Assembly (NCBI GenBank): GCA_040904605.1
Contig: JBBDTA010000109.1
Span: 30,309-94,308 of the forward strand
Direction of reading: 5' to 3'
Origin: Paenibacillaceae bacterium
GTDB taxonomy: Bacteria; Bacillota; Bacilli; Paenibacillales; UBA4045
DNA length: 64,000 nucleotides
In this document: piece after piece, positions 1 through 10,111 of the stretch
Layout of the letters: each line of letters starts with the position of its first letter
Numbering within the stretch: the stretch's first letter is position 1
Translations under genes and position numbers: made by a program
Notes under the pieces: generated by a model
Databases searched by the model: none
What the model saw: only the letters and a program-made list of their open reading frames with translations
Told to the model about the DNA's origin: nothing

Positions 1-1106
1 ATAGGTAGTATATGCCATAAATAATCAGAATGATTCTTCGTTGACAGCATTCCCATCATAAAATAAAGTTTTTCATAGGGGTAAATGGAAGATAATGCCT
101 TCGCTAATGTCTCTGCACCTTCCGGGTTATGAGCACCGTCTATGACGATCCGAGGGGATTTCTGCACCATCTCTAATCTGCCAGGCCACTTTGTTTCCAC
201 TAATCCCGCTAATAGATTCTCGTCATCGACAATGATTGCATAGTACTGCCTAAGAACCTCAAGAGTCATCATTGCGACTGCTGCATTCTTGATCTGATGC
301 TCACCGTTAAGCGAAACCGCTAGTGAATTTATGGTGCGAAATGGCCCCGTGAACGAGAACGATAGATGATCAATTCGTACGTCGTCCAAATGATACTTAT
401 AGTCCTTACCCAACTGGTATAGCTTACTTTGGCTATTCCTAGCCGTGCCCTCCAATAGATCAATTAATTCAGGCTGCTCCACAGAGCTCACAACCGGAAC
501 ACCAGCTTTGATGATTCCAGCCTTCTCTAATGCGATCTGCTCCAGCGTATTACCCAATATATCCATATGATCATGGCCAATATTCGTGATCACCGATACG
601 ATAGGGAATATGATGTTCGTACAATCTAGTCGGCCGCCGAGACCTGTCTCCATGACCACAATATCAGGATAAGCATATCGGGCAAAATAAACGAGCGCAA
701 GCGCTGTGGTAATCTCAAAGCTAGTCGGTGCACCAAGCTCTGTTAAAGCTAGTTCATCAGCTATTGGTTTTAATTGATTAACGATGCCCCTAAGTGTCTC
801 TTCTGGAATATCCTCGCCATTGCATTGAATACGATCTGTGTACTTCGTAATATAAGGTGATGTAAATGATCCTACGTTATACCCACTCTTGATCAGAACA
901 TGGGTCAGATAAGCACAGGTTGAGCCCTTTCCATTCGTTCCTGCAACATGGATAAATTTCAAGCGACGATGGGGATGCTCGAGAAGCTCCATCATATATT
1001 CCATTCGTTTCAATCCAGGCTTGATTCCAAAAGGAATAAGCTCCGTTATCCAATTCACAGCCTCTTGATAAGTAGTGAAGTATGCTGTATCCGTATTGTT
1101 TCCCAT
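1..1106 (-). CDS. folC: Folylpolyglutamate synthase/dihydrofolate synthase, N-terminal ~368 codons (3' end lies beyond window start)
   Basis: Not in the ORF track because it runs off the window edge. My translation from the ATG at 1106 reads MGNNTDTAYFTTYQEAVNWITELIPFGIKPGLKRMEYMMELLEHPHRRLKFIHVAGTNGKGSTCAYLTH. It has the Mur-ligase P-loop GTNGKGS. It lies directly downstream of valS, as in B. subtilis. Confidence 0.85.
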   Translation of the reverse strand, partial: MGNNTDTAYFTTYQEAVNWITELIPFGIKPGLKRMEYMMELLEHPHRRLKFIHVAGTNGKGSTCAYLTHVLIKSGYNVGSFTSPYITKYTDRIQCNGEDIPEETLRGIVNQLKPIADELALTELGAPTSFEITTALALVYFARYAYPDIVVMETGLGGRLDCTNIIFPIVSVITNIGHDHMDILGNTLEQIALEKAGIIKAGVPVVSSVEQPELIDLLEGTARNSQSKLYQLGKDYKYHLDDVRIDHLSFSFTGPFRTINSLAVSLNGEHQIKNAAVAMMTLEVLRQYYAIIVDDENLLAGLVETKWPGRLEMVQKSPRIVIDGAHNPEGAETLAKALSSIYPYEKLYFMMGMLSTKNHSDYLWHILP

Positions 1107-1110
1107 GTGA

Positions 1111-3777
1111 CTAGCCTCTCATCTCGGCGATTCGCGCGATCACTTTATCCCGTTTATCCGCATAATCCTTCAGCTTCGCTTTCTCTTCATCAATAACCTT
1201 AGCAGGTGCCTTGGATACGAAGCCTTCATTACCTAACTTCTTCTCGATTCGTTCTACTTCTGCATGTAAGGTCGCTAATTCCTTCTCTAACCGAATAATC
1301 TCCTGAGCCACATCAATCAAGCCTGCAAGGGGAAAATAAAGCTCAGCACCAGTTACAATTGCAGTCATGGCTTTCTCAGGGTTGACGGCTTGCAGATCAA
1401 TCTCTAAAGATGAGGTATTACTAAATCGTCGGATATACTCCTCATTGCGTTGAATAATAGTTAGAACCTGTTCATTAGCAGGCTTAATAAGCAGTTCAAT
1501 CTTCTTGCCCATCGATACATTCACTTCTGCTCGAATATTACGAACAGCTCGAATAATATCCATCAGCTGACGCATCTCTCCAGCAGCTACCGGCTCCAGT
1601 TGATCATGAGCTACCGGCCATTCCGCTAAACTAATCGAATCTCCCTCATGCGGCAAGTGCTGCCATATTTCCTCTGTTATAAAAGGCATGAATGGATGTA
1701 GTAATCGTAAAGTATGATCTAGCACATATAATAACACGGATTGTGTCGTCTTCTTGGCGTGAGCATCCTCACCATATAAGCTTAATTTCGCAAATTCAAT
1801 ATACCAATCACACAGATCATCCCAGATGAAGTCGTATAATAGTCGGCCTGTTTCACCAAATTCATATTGGTCCATCGTTCTAGTAACATCTCGTGCTGTT
1901 TCGTTCAAGCGATGAAGAATCCATTGATCAGCTGTACTAAGAGGACCTGTCAAATCGACATCCTGTAAGGTAAAATCTTGTAAGTTCATCAGGGCGAAGC
2001 GTGAAGCATTCCATATTTTGTTTGCAAAATTACGAGCCTGCTCTACCTTCTCCTCACGGAAGCGTAAATCTTGACCCGGTGTGCTCCCTGTAGATAACAT
2101 GAAGCGCATGGCATCAGCGCCATATTGATCGATGACCTCAAGAGGATCAACACCGTTACCGAGCGATTTGGACATCTTGCGTCCCTCTGCATCACGAACT
2201 AGACCGTGAATCAACACATCCTTGAAGGGAATCTTTCCTGTGAATTCTAGTGCGGTGAAGATCATCCGAGCAACCCAGAAGTAGATGATATCATAACCGG
2301 TTACGAGTACACCCGTAGGATAGAAACGTTCATAATCAATAGTCTGTTCAGGCCAGCCCAATGTGGAGAAGGGCCAGAGCGCTGAGCTAAACCATGTATC
2401 CAGAACATCCTCATCCCGACGCAGATTCGTGCTATTACACTGAGCGCAGCAACTTGCTTCCTCTACGGAGACGGTGATCTCTGAACAATCTTGACAATAC
2501 CAAGCTGGGATCCGATGGCCCCACCAAATTTGTCTAGATATACACCAATCTCTTACATTCTCAATCCAATGCAAATAAACCTTCTCAAATCGATCAGGTA
2601 CATAATTGACACCTTGACCAGATTTCTGTTGTTCAATCGCTTTCTCTGCCAATGGCTGCATCTTCACGAACCATTGAGTAGATAGATAGGGTTCAATTAC
2701 CGCACCACTACGTTCACTATGTCCTACTTGATGTACATGTGGTTCGATCTGAATACATACACCTTGATCTTGCAGGTCCTTCACCAATCGCTTACGGCAT
2801 TCAAATCGATCCAAGCCTTGATAAGGTCCAGCTTCTTCATTCATTGTACCCGTCTCGTCCATAACTAGGATTTGCGGTAACCTATGGCGCAGCCCGACCT
2901 CAAAGTCATTCGGATCATGAGCAGGGGTAATCTTCACTGCACCACTACCGAATTCCTTCTCTGCATAGTCATCTGCAATAATTGGTATTTCCCGACCGAT
3001 AATAGGCAGAATAACCATTTGACCAATCAGATGTTTATATCGATCATCCTCTGGATTGACGGCTACTGCCGCATCGCCGAGCATGGTTTCTGGACGAGTT
3101 GTCGCCACTGTAATCGTGCCACTACCATCCTTAAGCGGATATTGCAGATGATACAGGTTCCCCTGCAGCTCTTTAAATTCCACTTCGATATCCGACAGAG
3201 CGGTACGAGTAGCCGGATCCCAGTTAATGATCTTCTTCCCGCGATAAATTAGACCTTTATTGTATAATTTCACGAAGACTTCACGAACTGCTAATGATAA
3301 TCCCTCATCTAAGGTAAACCGTTCGCGTGAGTAATCCAGAGATAATCCCATCTTGTCCCACTGTTCCCGAATGGAGTTGGCGTATTGCTCCTTCCACTCC
3401 CATACCTTCTCTAGGAATTTCTCTCGTCCTAGATCGTAGCGTTTAATGCCCTGCTCCCTTAGGTTCTGTTCGACTCTAGTCTGTGTAGCTATTCCTGCAT
3501 GATCACTACCAGGCAGCCACAATGCATCATATCCCTGCATCCGCTTAGAACGAATTATGATATCTTGCAATGTGAAATCTAGTGCGTGTCCAATATGTAA
3601 CATTCCCGTTACGTTCGGTGGTGGGATCACAATGGTAAAGGTTTTTGCTTCCTTACGCTTACCCGCTTCACTATATTTGCCTTGGCGCCAGTACTCGTTC
3701 CACTTTAATTCAGCAACTCTCGGATCATAGGTGGTCGATAAATTCATGTTTGTATTTGTTGCGTTCGAATTAGACAA
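1111..3777 (-). CDS. valS: Valine--tRNA ligase
   Basis: 888-aa ORF with class I aaRS motifs HIGH (LHIGHAL) and KMSKS (RKMSKSLGN) and a C-terminal coiled coil. The TTG at 3777 is preceded by GAGGG. An alternative ATG lies 30 nt downstream (MNLSTTYDP). Confidence 0.97.
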   Translation of the reverse strand: MSNSNATNTNMNLSTTYDPRVAELKWNEYWRQGKYSEAGKRKEAKTFTIVIPPPNVTGMLHIGHALDFTLQDIIIRSKRMQGYDALWLPGSDHAGIATQTRVEQNLREQGIKRYDLGREKFLEKVWEWKEQYANSIREQWDKMGLSLDYSRERFTLDEGLSLAVREVFVKLYNKGLIYRGKKIINWDPATRTALSDIEVEFKELQGNLYHLQYPLKDGSGTITVATTRPETMLGDAAVAVNPEDDRYKHLIGQMVILPIIGREIPIIADDYAEKEFGSGAVKITPAHDPNDFEVGLRHRLPQILVMDETGTMNEEAGPYQGLDRFECRKRLVKDLQDQGVCIQIEPHVHQVGHSERSGAVIEPYLSTQWFVKMQPLAEKAIEQQKSGQGVNYVPDRFEKVYLHWIENVRDWCISRQIWWGHRIPAWYCQDCSEITVSVEEASCCAQCNSTNLRRDEDVLDTWFSSALWPFSTLGWPEQTIDYERFYPTGVLVTGYDIIYFWVARMIFTALEFTGKIPFKDVLIHGLVRDAEGRKMSKSLGNGVDPLEVIDQYGADAMRFMLSTGSTPGQDLRFREEKVEQARNFANKIWNASRFALMNLQDFTLQDVDLTGPLSTADQWILHRLNETARDVTRTMDQYEFGETGRLLYDFIWDDLCDWYIEFAKLSLYGEDAHAKKTTQSVLLYVLDHTLRLLHPFMPFITEEIWQHLPHEGDSISLAEWPVAHDQLEPVAAGEMRQLMDIIRAVRNIRAEVNVSMGKKIELLIKPANEQVLTIIQRNEEYIRRFSNTSSLEIDLQAVNPEKAMTAIVTGAELYFPLAGLIDVAQEIIRLEKELATLHAEVERIEKKLGNEGFVSKAPAKVIDEEKAKLKDYADKRDKVIARIAEMRG

Positions 3778-4132
3778 TGTAAACCCTCATTCATAGCCAA
3801 TTTTATTACTCCTTATCATACCGATGTTGCGAAATGGAGTCAATAAGATGAAGGTATTTCCTCTATACTCAGCATAACCACGACTGTCCCTATCATAAAC
3901 ATAAGAGATCATTATTTTATTAGAGTCATCTATATATGAGGGAAAGCTGGTGACTTATTATGCAACAATGGTGGTACCGTTACCGATTAACGATCAAGGG
4001 GGTGTTGTTCCCTCTGATTTGCATTCAATTTGTAAGGACAATCATTATCCCGAATCCACTCGATGTGTTTATTCTGTTTATCCTCTTCCTAGCTTACCTC
4101 GGGTTTCTTATGAATGTTTATTGAAGCCAATA

Positions 4133-4155
4133 GAAAAAGGTCGCTTAGGCGACCT
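4133..4155 (-). terminator. Rho-independent terminator downstream of spoVID
   Basis: On the minus strand: AGGTCGC-CTAA-GCGACCT followed by TTTTTCT, 24 nt after the stop codon. Confidence 0.75.
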
Positions 4156-4178
4156 AATTCTTCTGCACAACTTAATGG

Positions 4179-5120
4179 CTATACGTTAGATTTGGGTATG
4201 TAGATAATCTGACCTTCACTAATGTCTACTTCTCCAAGTCGATTATAAAGTGCGATCTCTCTAGGTTGTAATTGATATCGATCTGCAATTGTCTGGAGGG
4301 TATCTTCTCTCTGCACAATACACATTCGGAGCCGCTTAAACTCGACTTTGTCCTCTTTTATGAGGAACAATCGTTTCCATTCGAGACTATTGTTGGCCTT
4401 TTCTGACTTTACCGGAATATCCGCTACACTTTCTGAAGCTGCTTCCACGTGATGCTGTGGCTTAATCGCCACCTTCATATCGGGCTTGAGTGCTGCCTCT
4501 AGTTCAGCTTCCTGGAATTCCACCAGCTTGTTGTCATCCATGACGGCCTCAGCGTGAACCCATTCCTCTGCCTGAGCAATTGGCGCTATCGGCATTCCCA
4601 TATTTGACGGCTCTCGCTCTTGCTCTTGCTTCTCAGCTTGGTGCTCTGCATAAAACTCGTCTGAATCATTGTCCATGCCCTCAGTTCGGCTCTGCTCCCA
4701 ACCTGCTAATGATAATATGCCTGTCACATTCAAGCTCCGATCAGATACCAATTCCACGTCAAATTGATCTATCTTAACTTGAATCTCCTGACTTGAGACA
4801 TCATTGGTGCGAACAGGAAGTGATATTTCAACAGGAATACGATGAATAAAGGTTTGCTTTCCTGCACCTTCCAGAATGGATTCGTAGACGGCTGTCAGCT
4901 GTAAATTTCCTCTCAGCTGAGTTTGCTCATCACCTGGAATACCCTGGAAATAAGGAGTGAGCTCAATCTCCTCAAGATCACGTATCGCTAACGTACCTTC
5001 TGGTAGATGGACCCGTTCGTAGATATCAAATCGAAAGCCAATATTCTGTTCAACCACTGTCATTCCACCCTTCTTCCCCGCTTGTTCATTCTTAAATATA
5101 TGGAGGAAGGAAGGGAACAA
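4179..5120 (-). CDS. spoVID: Stage VI sporulation protein D-like spore-coat morphogenetic protein (C-terminal LysM domain)
   Basis: C-terminal LysM domain (VQREDTLQTIADRYQLQPREIALYNRLGEVDISEGQIIYIPK) and an acidic middle region. Its position between the heme genes and valS matches B. subtilis spoVID. The start is uncertain: TTG at 5120 has no RBS, and MTVVEQ at about 5063 is the alternative. Confidence 0.7.
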   Translation of the reverse strand: MFPSFLHIFKNEQAGKKGGMTVVEQNIGFRFDIYERVHLPEGTLAIRDLEEIELTPYFQGIPGDEQTQLRGNLQLTAVYESILEGAGKQTFIHRIPVEISLPVRTNDVSSQEIQVKIDQFDVELVSDRSLNVTGILSLAGWEQSRTEGMDNDSDEFYAEHQAEKQEQEREPSNMGMPIAPIAQAEEWVHAEAVMDDNKLVEFQEAELEAALKPDMKVAIKPQHHVEAASESVADIPVKSEKANNSLEWKRLFLIKEDKVEFKRLRMCIVQREDTLQTIADRYQLQPREIALYNRLGEVDISEGQIIYIPKSNV

Positions 5121-5136
5121 TGACTATTATTTTAGA

Positions 5137-6009
5137 TTATACCTTCAGCAATTCAATCAGCATCTTCATATGTTCAGGTAGCTCAGCTTGCACGGAAACT
5201 TCATGGCGATCGAATGGATGTCGAAAACCGAGACTTTCCCCATGAAGGGCTTGATGTTGAATTCGCTCACTCGATCCACCGTACATCTCATCTCCTAAGA
5301 TAGGGTGTCCGATGTGACTCATATGAACACGAATTTGATGGGTTCTGCCTGTTTCTAATATCAATCTAAGTAATGAAGCTTCTTTATAGGTTTCGATGAC
5401 CTCATAATGAGTAACTGCATCATCTCCGGTTGGAGATACTCTGCGTTTCCCATTGACATGCCGATCCTTACCAATAGCCGCTCGAATGCATCCTTTCTTC
5501 TTCAACGGAAGCCCTTGAACAATGGCCACATACACCCGTTTGATCATTCGATCTCGCATATCCTGATCCAATTGATGTTGAGCGTATGCATTCTTAGCAA
5601 AGAGAACTGGACCTGAGGTCCACTCATCTAATCTGTGAATATGCCTCACAGCGCATAGCTGTGCAGATGCTTCATAATAAGCAGCGACGGCATTAGCAAG
5701 AGAGCCCCTTCCATTAGACACGGTTGGATGCACAGGAATCCCTGCGGGCTTGTTAACAACTAGGCAGAAGTCATCCTCGAATAACACCTCAATAGGCATC
5801 CACTCTGGTGTAAATCCTAATTCACGCATTGGAAAGAACCGAAGCCTAAGTCGGTCTCCGATCCATTCTATATCCTGCTGCTTGTTCATCCTAAACACAT
5901 ATTCTGTAGGTATGCCAAGCTTACTGGTTAGATACACATCTACATCGACAAGCTCCTTCGCCATTTCTCGCGATAATCGAATGAGCAGCCATTCTCCTTG
6001 ACGCTCCAT
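5137..6009 (-). CDS. RluA-family 23S rRNA/tRNA pseudouridine synthase
   Basis: Catalytic HRLD motif (HRLDEWTSGPVLFAKN) and GRTHQIRVH motif; 290 aa. Confidence 0.85.
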   Translation of the reverse strand: MERQGEWLLIRLSREMAKELVDVDVYLTSKLGIPTEYVFRMNKQQDIEWIGDRLRLRFFPMRELGFTPEWMPIEVLFEDDFCLVVNKPAGIPVHPTVSNGRGSLANAVAAYYEASAQLCAVRHIHRLDEWTSGPVLFAKNAYAQHQLDQDMRDRMIKRVYVAIVQGLPLKKKGCIRAAIGKDRHVNGKRRVSPTGDDAVTHYEVIETYKEASLLRLILETGRTHQIRVHMSHIGHPILGDEMYGGSSERIQHQALHGESLGFRHPFDRHEVSVQAELPEHMKMLIELLKV

Positions 6010-6011
6010 GG

Positions 6012-7487
6012 TTAGCTCCAGCCTAACAAATCATCTACAACCTGCTCAGCACACTGTTTGGCTTGACCAATACAATCCGGTAAACCAACACCCTGATACC
6101 CTGACCCAGTCATATACACGCCTGGCATGACATCTGCAAGCTTCTGCCTAAACAGCTTGAGCTGATCGAGATGACCAACTGGATATTGTGGCATCGAATC
6201 GTCCCAGCGTGCGACTTCCACGAATAAGGGCTCGGCCTCAATTCCCATCGTATGCTTCAGATCGCTTCTCACTCGCCGAGTCAATTGTTCATCTGAATAA
6301 GCAACGGTCTGAGCCGCTCCAGATCTACCAATATAACATCGTACGAGCACCGTGTCATCAGGTGCTGTGTGTAACCATTTGACCGAGGTCCAGGTACAGG
6401 CAGTAATGGTTAGACCTTCGTTTCGCGGTACAAGAAACCCCGATCCATCCTTAGCAAGGACGAGCTCTGATTTACGGAAAGCCATGACCACATTAGCAAC
6501 CGATACATAAGGAATGTTAATAAGAGAATGCGCTTCAGCCAGTTGAGGTAGCATTCGAACAGCAGCATAATTCGGCACAGCTAATACAACAGCGTCGAAC
6601 AACTCTTCTGAACCATCTGATAGCTTGAGTTTATATTTCCCATCGTCTTTGGATACTTCGGTAACCGCAATACCTTTTCGTATCGTTGCTTCAGTCAGGT
6701 TAGCAGCAAGACGATTCACAATTGTAGATAATCCTTGCTTGAAGGTTAAGAACATCGATCTATTGGCTAATTGGGATAATGGCACCTGCCCGCTTCGTTC
6801 ACTCTGAGCACTCTGAGCACTTTGCGCACTCTGTGAATGCTGCTTCACCTTATTACGAATCATTCCTATGATGATACTACGATGCTCCTGCTCTAATGCT
6901 TGAAATTGTGGGAAGGTAGACTGCAAGCTGAGTTCATTCGTATCACCCGCATATATACCTGCCAAGAGAGGCTCTGCTATATGCTCTAAAACCTCCGAAC
7001 CCAGCCTGCGACTTAGGAATACTCCAAGAGCTTCATCGCCCTTGTTAACTTTCTTAGGGAGTAATAAATCTAGCGCGGCTCGAGCTTTACCGAGAGGACT
7101 AATCAACCCGGTTCGCAGGAAGGGCATGATCTGAGTAGGAATGCCGAGCATGAGACCTGCAGGCATTCGATGAAGCTTGTGCTTGTGCAGGATGTAGGTT
7201 TTTTTGGCTTGAGGATTTGTGGCAGTAAGTTCATCTTCTAAGCCAAGCTCACGAGCTAGCTCGAGCATAGACAGCTTTCTAGCTAGAAAGGAGTCCGGCC
7301 CCTGCTCGATCACACAGCCATCACGATGCAAGGTGCGAATTTTACCACCTAGTTGCTCGCTTGGTTCGATGATGGTTATATGTGCGGATATCGCTTTCTC
7401 CTGACAGTAGCGTTGAATATAATAAGCTGCACTAAGCCCACTAATCCCCGCGCCTGCTATAGCGATGCGTCTGTATACTGAGCTCAT
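6012..7487 (-). CDS. hemY: Protoporphyrinogen/coproporphyrinogen III oxidase (HemY/CgoX type, FAD-dependent)
   Basis: N-terminal FAD fold IAIAGAGISGLSAAYY; 491 aa. It follows hemE-hemH, the same hemEHY order as B. subtilis. Confidence 0.88.
   Translation of the reverse strand: MSSVYRRIAIAGAGISGLSAAYYIQRYCQEKAISAHITIIEPSEQLGGKIRTLHRDGCVIEQGPDSFLARKLSMLELARELGLEDELTATNPQAKKTYILHKHKLHRMPAGLMLGIPTQIMPFLRTGLISPLGKARAALDLLLPKKVNKGDEALGVFLSRRLGSEVLEHIAEPLLAGIYAGDTNELSLQSTFPQFQALEQEHRSIIIGMIRNKVKQHSQSAQSAQSAQSERSGQVPLSQLANRSMFLTFKQGLSTIVNRLAANLTEATIRKGIAVTEVSKDDGKYKLKLSDGSEELFDAVVLAVPNYAAVRMLPQLAEAHSLINIPYVSVANVVMAFRKSELVLAKDGSGFLVPRNEGLTITACTWTSVKWLHTAPDDTVLVRCYIGRSGAAQTVAYSDEQLTRRVRSDLKHTMGIEAEPLFVEVARWDDSMPQYPVGHLDQLKLFRQKLADVMPGVYMTGSGYQGVGLPDCIGQAKQCAEQVVDDLLGWS
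6800..6835 (-). repeat. In-frame 9-bp tandem repeat x4 inside hemY
   Basis: Plus strand reads cactctgag / cactctgag / cactttgcg / cactctgtg. It encodes HSQSAQSAQSAQSE on the minus strand. Confidence 0.9.
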
Positions 7488-8425
7488 CGGACGTACTCTC
7501 CCAGTAGACTTAGAACATTATCAGCAAGCACCTTCATATATAATGGATCCGTATTCAGGGAGGCTGTCCGTTCCAAGTGCATGCCAAGTCCCTGAGCTAC
7601 CTTCTGTGCTTCTATATCAATGTCGTACAATATTTCCAGATGATCAGAAACGAAGCCGATTGGAGAGATAACTACATGCTTGATCTGTTCATCCTTGCTT
7701 ATGGATTTCAATACATCTAGAATGTCTGGTCCTAACCATGTGATTGCGGTTCTGCCCGCACTCTGCCAGGCAAATTGCCAATTCGTAACGTTCGTAACCG
7801 CACAAATTGCTCTCGACGTCTCTAATAGTTGTTCCGGATATGGATCGTTCATCTCGAGGATTTTCTCCGGTAAGCTGTGAGCACTGAATATAATACGAAT
7901 TTCATCCTTGTGAGTCTCGGGAAATTTGGTTAGCACATCCGTTAATCGGGTCGATAACGTCTCAATCAACAAAGGATGGAGATGATAATTCTTGACGAAT
8001 TTCATCGAGATCGCATGCTGATCCACTACCTCTTGAGCACGTTTAATATAACTCCCTACACTCATTGTGGAGTAGTGAGGAGCCAATACAATACCGATCG
8101 CTTCTGTTATGCCATCGTCCACCATACGTTGCACGCCATCCTCAATAAAAGGATAAGCATGCTTTAGACCTTGGTAGCAGCTAAACTCATATTCGGGATG
8201 ATCATGATTCAGCTGGTCTTGCAAGGCTTTTACTTGGTTATTCGTATTCTCTCTTAGCGGGAACACGCCACCGACCATTGCTTCATAACGACCTTTCAAT
8301 TCCTTTAATTGCTCAGGAGAAGGTGGCTGTCCACGACGAATATGAGTATAGTACGCTTCTATTTGCTCGAGACTTTCTGGGGTTCCGTAAGACATCACTA
8401 GAACGCCTATTCTCCGCTTCGACAT
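7484..8425 (-). CDS. hemH: Ferrochelatase (coproporphyrin ferrochelatase type)
   Basis: 313 aa with N-terminal IGVLVMSYGTP, typical of Firmicute HemH. It overlaps hemY by 4 nt. Confidence 0.92.
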   Translation of the reverse strand: MSKRRIGVLVMSYGTPESLEQIEAYYTHIRRGQPPSPEQLKELKGRYEAMVGGVFPLRENTNNQVKALQDQLNHDHPEYEFSCYQGLKHAYPFIEDGVQRMVDDGITEAIGIVLAPHYSTMSVGSYIKRAQEVVDQHAISMKFVKNYHLHPLLIETLSTRLTDVLTKFPETHKDEIRIIFSAHSLPEKILEMNDPYPEQLLETSRAICAVTNVTNWQFAWQSAGRTAITWLGPDILDVLKSISKDEQIKHVVISPIGFVSDHLEILYDIDIEAQKVAQGLGMHLERTASLNTDPLYMKVLADNVLSLLGEYVR

Positions 8426-8465
8426 TAGACATCACTACTCTCTATTAAACTCAATTAAACTCAAA

Positions 8466-9521
8466 TTAAACCCTCGCTCCAGCTTTAATCACTGATCTGG
8501 AATATTCGTGAACGAATCCTGTGAGCTCCTTCAGCTTATCCATTGAAGCTTCAGGGAATAAACCATGCCCTAAATTGAATATGTAACCTGGTTGCTCTAG
8601 CCCTTGATCTATAATTTGTTTGGCATACTTTTCAATAACTTGCATCGGTGCAGTCAATACAACGGGATCCATATTTCCCTGAATAGCGAACCGTGATCCC
8701 ACACGACGACGGCCTTCTGTAATGGAAACACGCCAATCCACGCCGATTACATCTGCCTGTATCTCACCTAAGCAAGGAAGCAACTCTCCAGAGCTAACCC
8801 CAGGATAATAAATTTTGGGCTGTGGTAAGTGTGACAGAGCATGAAAAATTCGATGAATCGTAGGCAGTACATATGTTACAAAATCATCTGGAGCTAACGC
8901 TCCCACCCAGCTATCGAATAATTGGACTGTCTGAGCTCCAGCAGCGATATGGGACTTCAGATATTCAATGACCATATCCCCTAATTTATCCATTAGCTTA
9001 AACCAAGTTGTGGGTTCAGTATACATCATTTGTTTGGTCAGCAAATAATTCCTGGACGGTTTCCCTTCAATTAAGTAACTCGCTATCGTAAACGGTGCCC
9101 CAGCAAAAGTAATCAAAGGCACAGTTAATTCACGAGCAAGAATACGAATGGTCTGAATCACATGCGATAAGTCCTGTTCGATTGCAATCGGTCTAAGCCG
9201 ATCTACATCTTGTTCACTGCGAATCGGATTATGTATGACCGGACCAATATTCTTCACAATATCAAAATCTATACCAATAGAAGCAACTGGATTCATAATA
9301 TCCGAATACAGAATAGCTGCATCTACACCCAGCTTCTTGACTGGCATTAAGCTGACCTCTGCGGCCAATTCCGGTTGGCTACAAATCTCAAGCAGTGAAT
9401 ATTTCTCTTTAATTTTGCGATACTCAGGGTCGTATCTACCTGCTTGACGCATGTACCACACTGGTACTTGATCAACTTGCTGCTTACGGCAGGCTTTGAT
9501 GAATGTGTCATTGAAGATCAT
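8466..9521 (-). CDS. hemE: Uroporphyrinogen decarboxylase
   Basis: 351 aa with the PVWYMRQAGRY signature near the N-terminus. Confidence 0.93.
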   Translation of the reverse strand: MIFNDTFIKACRKQQVDQVPVWYMRQAGRYDPEYRKIKEKYSLLEICSQPELAAEVSLMPVKKLGVDAAILYSDIMNPVASIGIDFDIVKNIGPVIHNPIRSEQDVDRLRPIAIEQDLSHVIQTIRILARELTVPLITFAGAPFTIASYLIEGKPSRNYLLTKQMMYTEPTTWFKLMDKLGDMVIEYLKSHIAAGAQTVQLFDSWVGALAPDDFVTYVLPTIHRIFHALSHLPQPKIYYPGVSSGELLPCLGEIQADVIGVDWRVSITEGRRRVGSRFAIQGNMDPVVLTAPMQVIEKYAKQIIDQGLEQPGYIFNLGHGLFPEASMDKLKELTGFVHEYSRSVIKAGARV

Positions 9522-9561
9522 TCGTTAAACTCCTCATTTCCATGCGATTCCTCTTATTTGT

Positions 9562-9591
9562 ATTATAGCCCTATTCCGGAAAAGGCCACAA
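9562..9591 (-). promoter_or_regulatory. Candidate sigma-A promoter of hemEHY
   Basis: Minus strand reads TTGTGG-18 nt-TATAAT, about 40 nt upstream of the hemE ATG. Confidence 0.45.
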
Positions 9592-10041
9592 GTTCTTAAA
9601 CAGTGAACAATCTGACAATTCGATGACAATGGATAAGAAAACCGCAGAAAATCAGATATTATCCCCTTTAGGAGATTCCACCGTACTTTTACTTACGGGA
9701 GTAGTAAAAAAATGTGCAAATACGGGTTAATTGATGTCATGGTGTATGCTCGCTCAAATCGTTGAATTTAGTTTTAATTCGTGAAACTAAATCCCTCCTA
9801 TTAAATTGGATGTCCGATTTAGTTTCATTTTGCACAATTAAACAGGGGTTAGGGTGGAGGTCCGTTCATACATTGGTTTAAATGCGCTAATCCTAACTAA
9901 TGGGTTGCATGAAGTTAATCTCATCGATTTAGTTATGCAAATCCGAACTAATTTTATTTATCCTCTTTGAAACAGACCGTCCATGTCGGTCTATTGGATT
10001 GTTTCCCCTTCCCGGTAAACCTCGAAAACTTATAAATTGTT

Positions 10042-10067
10042 AAAAAAGCCAACCAAAAATTCTGGCT
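10042..10067 (-). terminator. Candidate terminator downstream of hemL
   Basis: Minus strand reads AGCCA-11 nt loop-TGGCT followed by TTTTTT. The stem is short. Confidence 0.45.
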
Positions 10068-10111
10068 GACCTCATAATACGTAATTAGTTATTGGAGAAA
10101 TGTCATATTCA

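Noticed and set aside
2884-3252. Antisense ORFs of 60-144 aa inside valS, hemB, clpX, amt, tig, prkA and other genes (for example 2884-3252 +, 11537-11893 -, 25816-26250 +, 60467-60844 -).
   Set aside because: They overlap strongly supported genes on the opposite strand or in another frame, and have low-complexity or odd composition and no RBS. I treat them as non-coding.
3964-3981. T-box-like sequence AACAATGGTGGTACCGTT (13 of 18 matches to AATTAGGGTGGTACCGCG) in the valS upstream region.
   Set aside because: It reads this way only on the plus strand, whereas valS is on the minus strand and there is no plus-strand gene downstream. The GGTACC core is palindromic. A 9-mer match (GGTGGTACC) is expected by chance about once every two windows of this size. 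No antiterminator/terminator pairing could be drawn around it.
3950-4189. 79-aa plus-strand ORF in the valS leader.
   Set aside because: It has no RBS, lies antisense to a leader region and overlaps the spoVID terminator and stop codon. It is probably spurious.
9844-9859. Telomere-like G-rich tract GGGGTTAGGGTGGAGG as a G-quadruplex.
   Set aside because: Only two runs have three or more Gs. At best it would be a weak two-tetrad structure, and there is no supporting context.
9760-9955. Possibility that the repeated GATTTAGTT units form a small CRISPR array.
   Set aside because: The repeats are only 9-10 nt long, irregularly spaced (92 and 71 nt) and each is paired with an inverted copy. No cas genes are present and the repeat length is not CRISPR-like.
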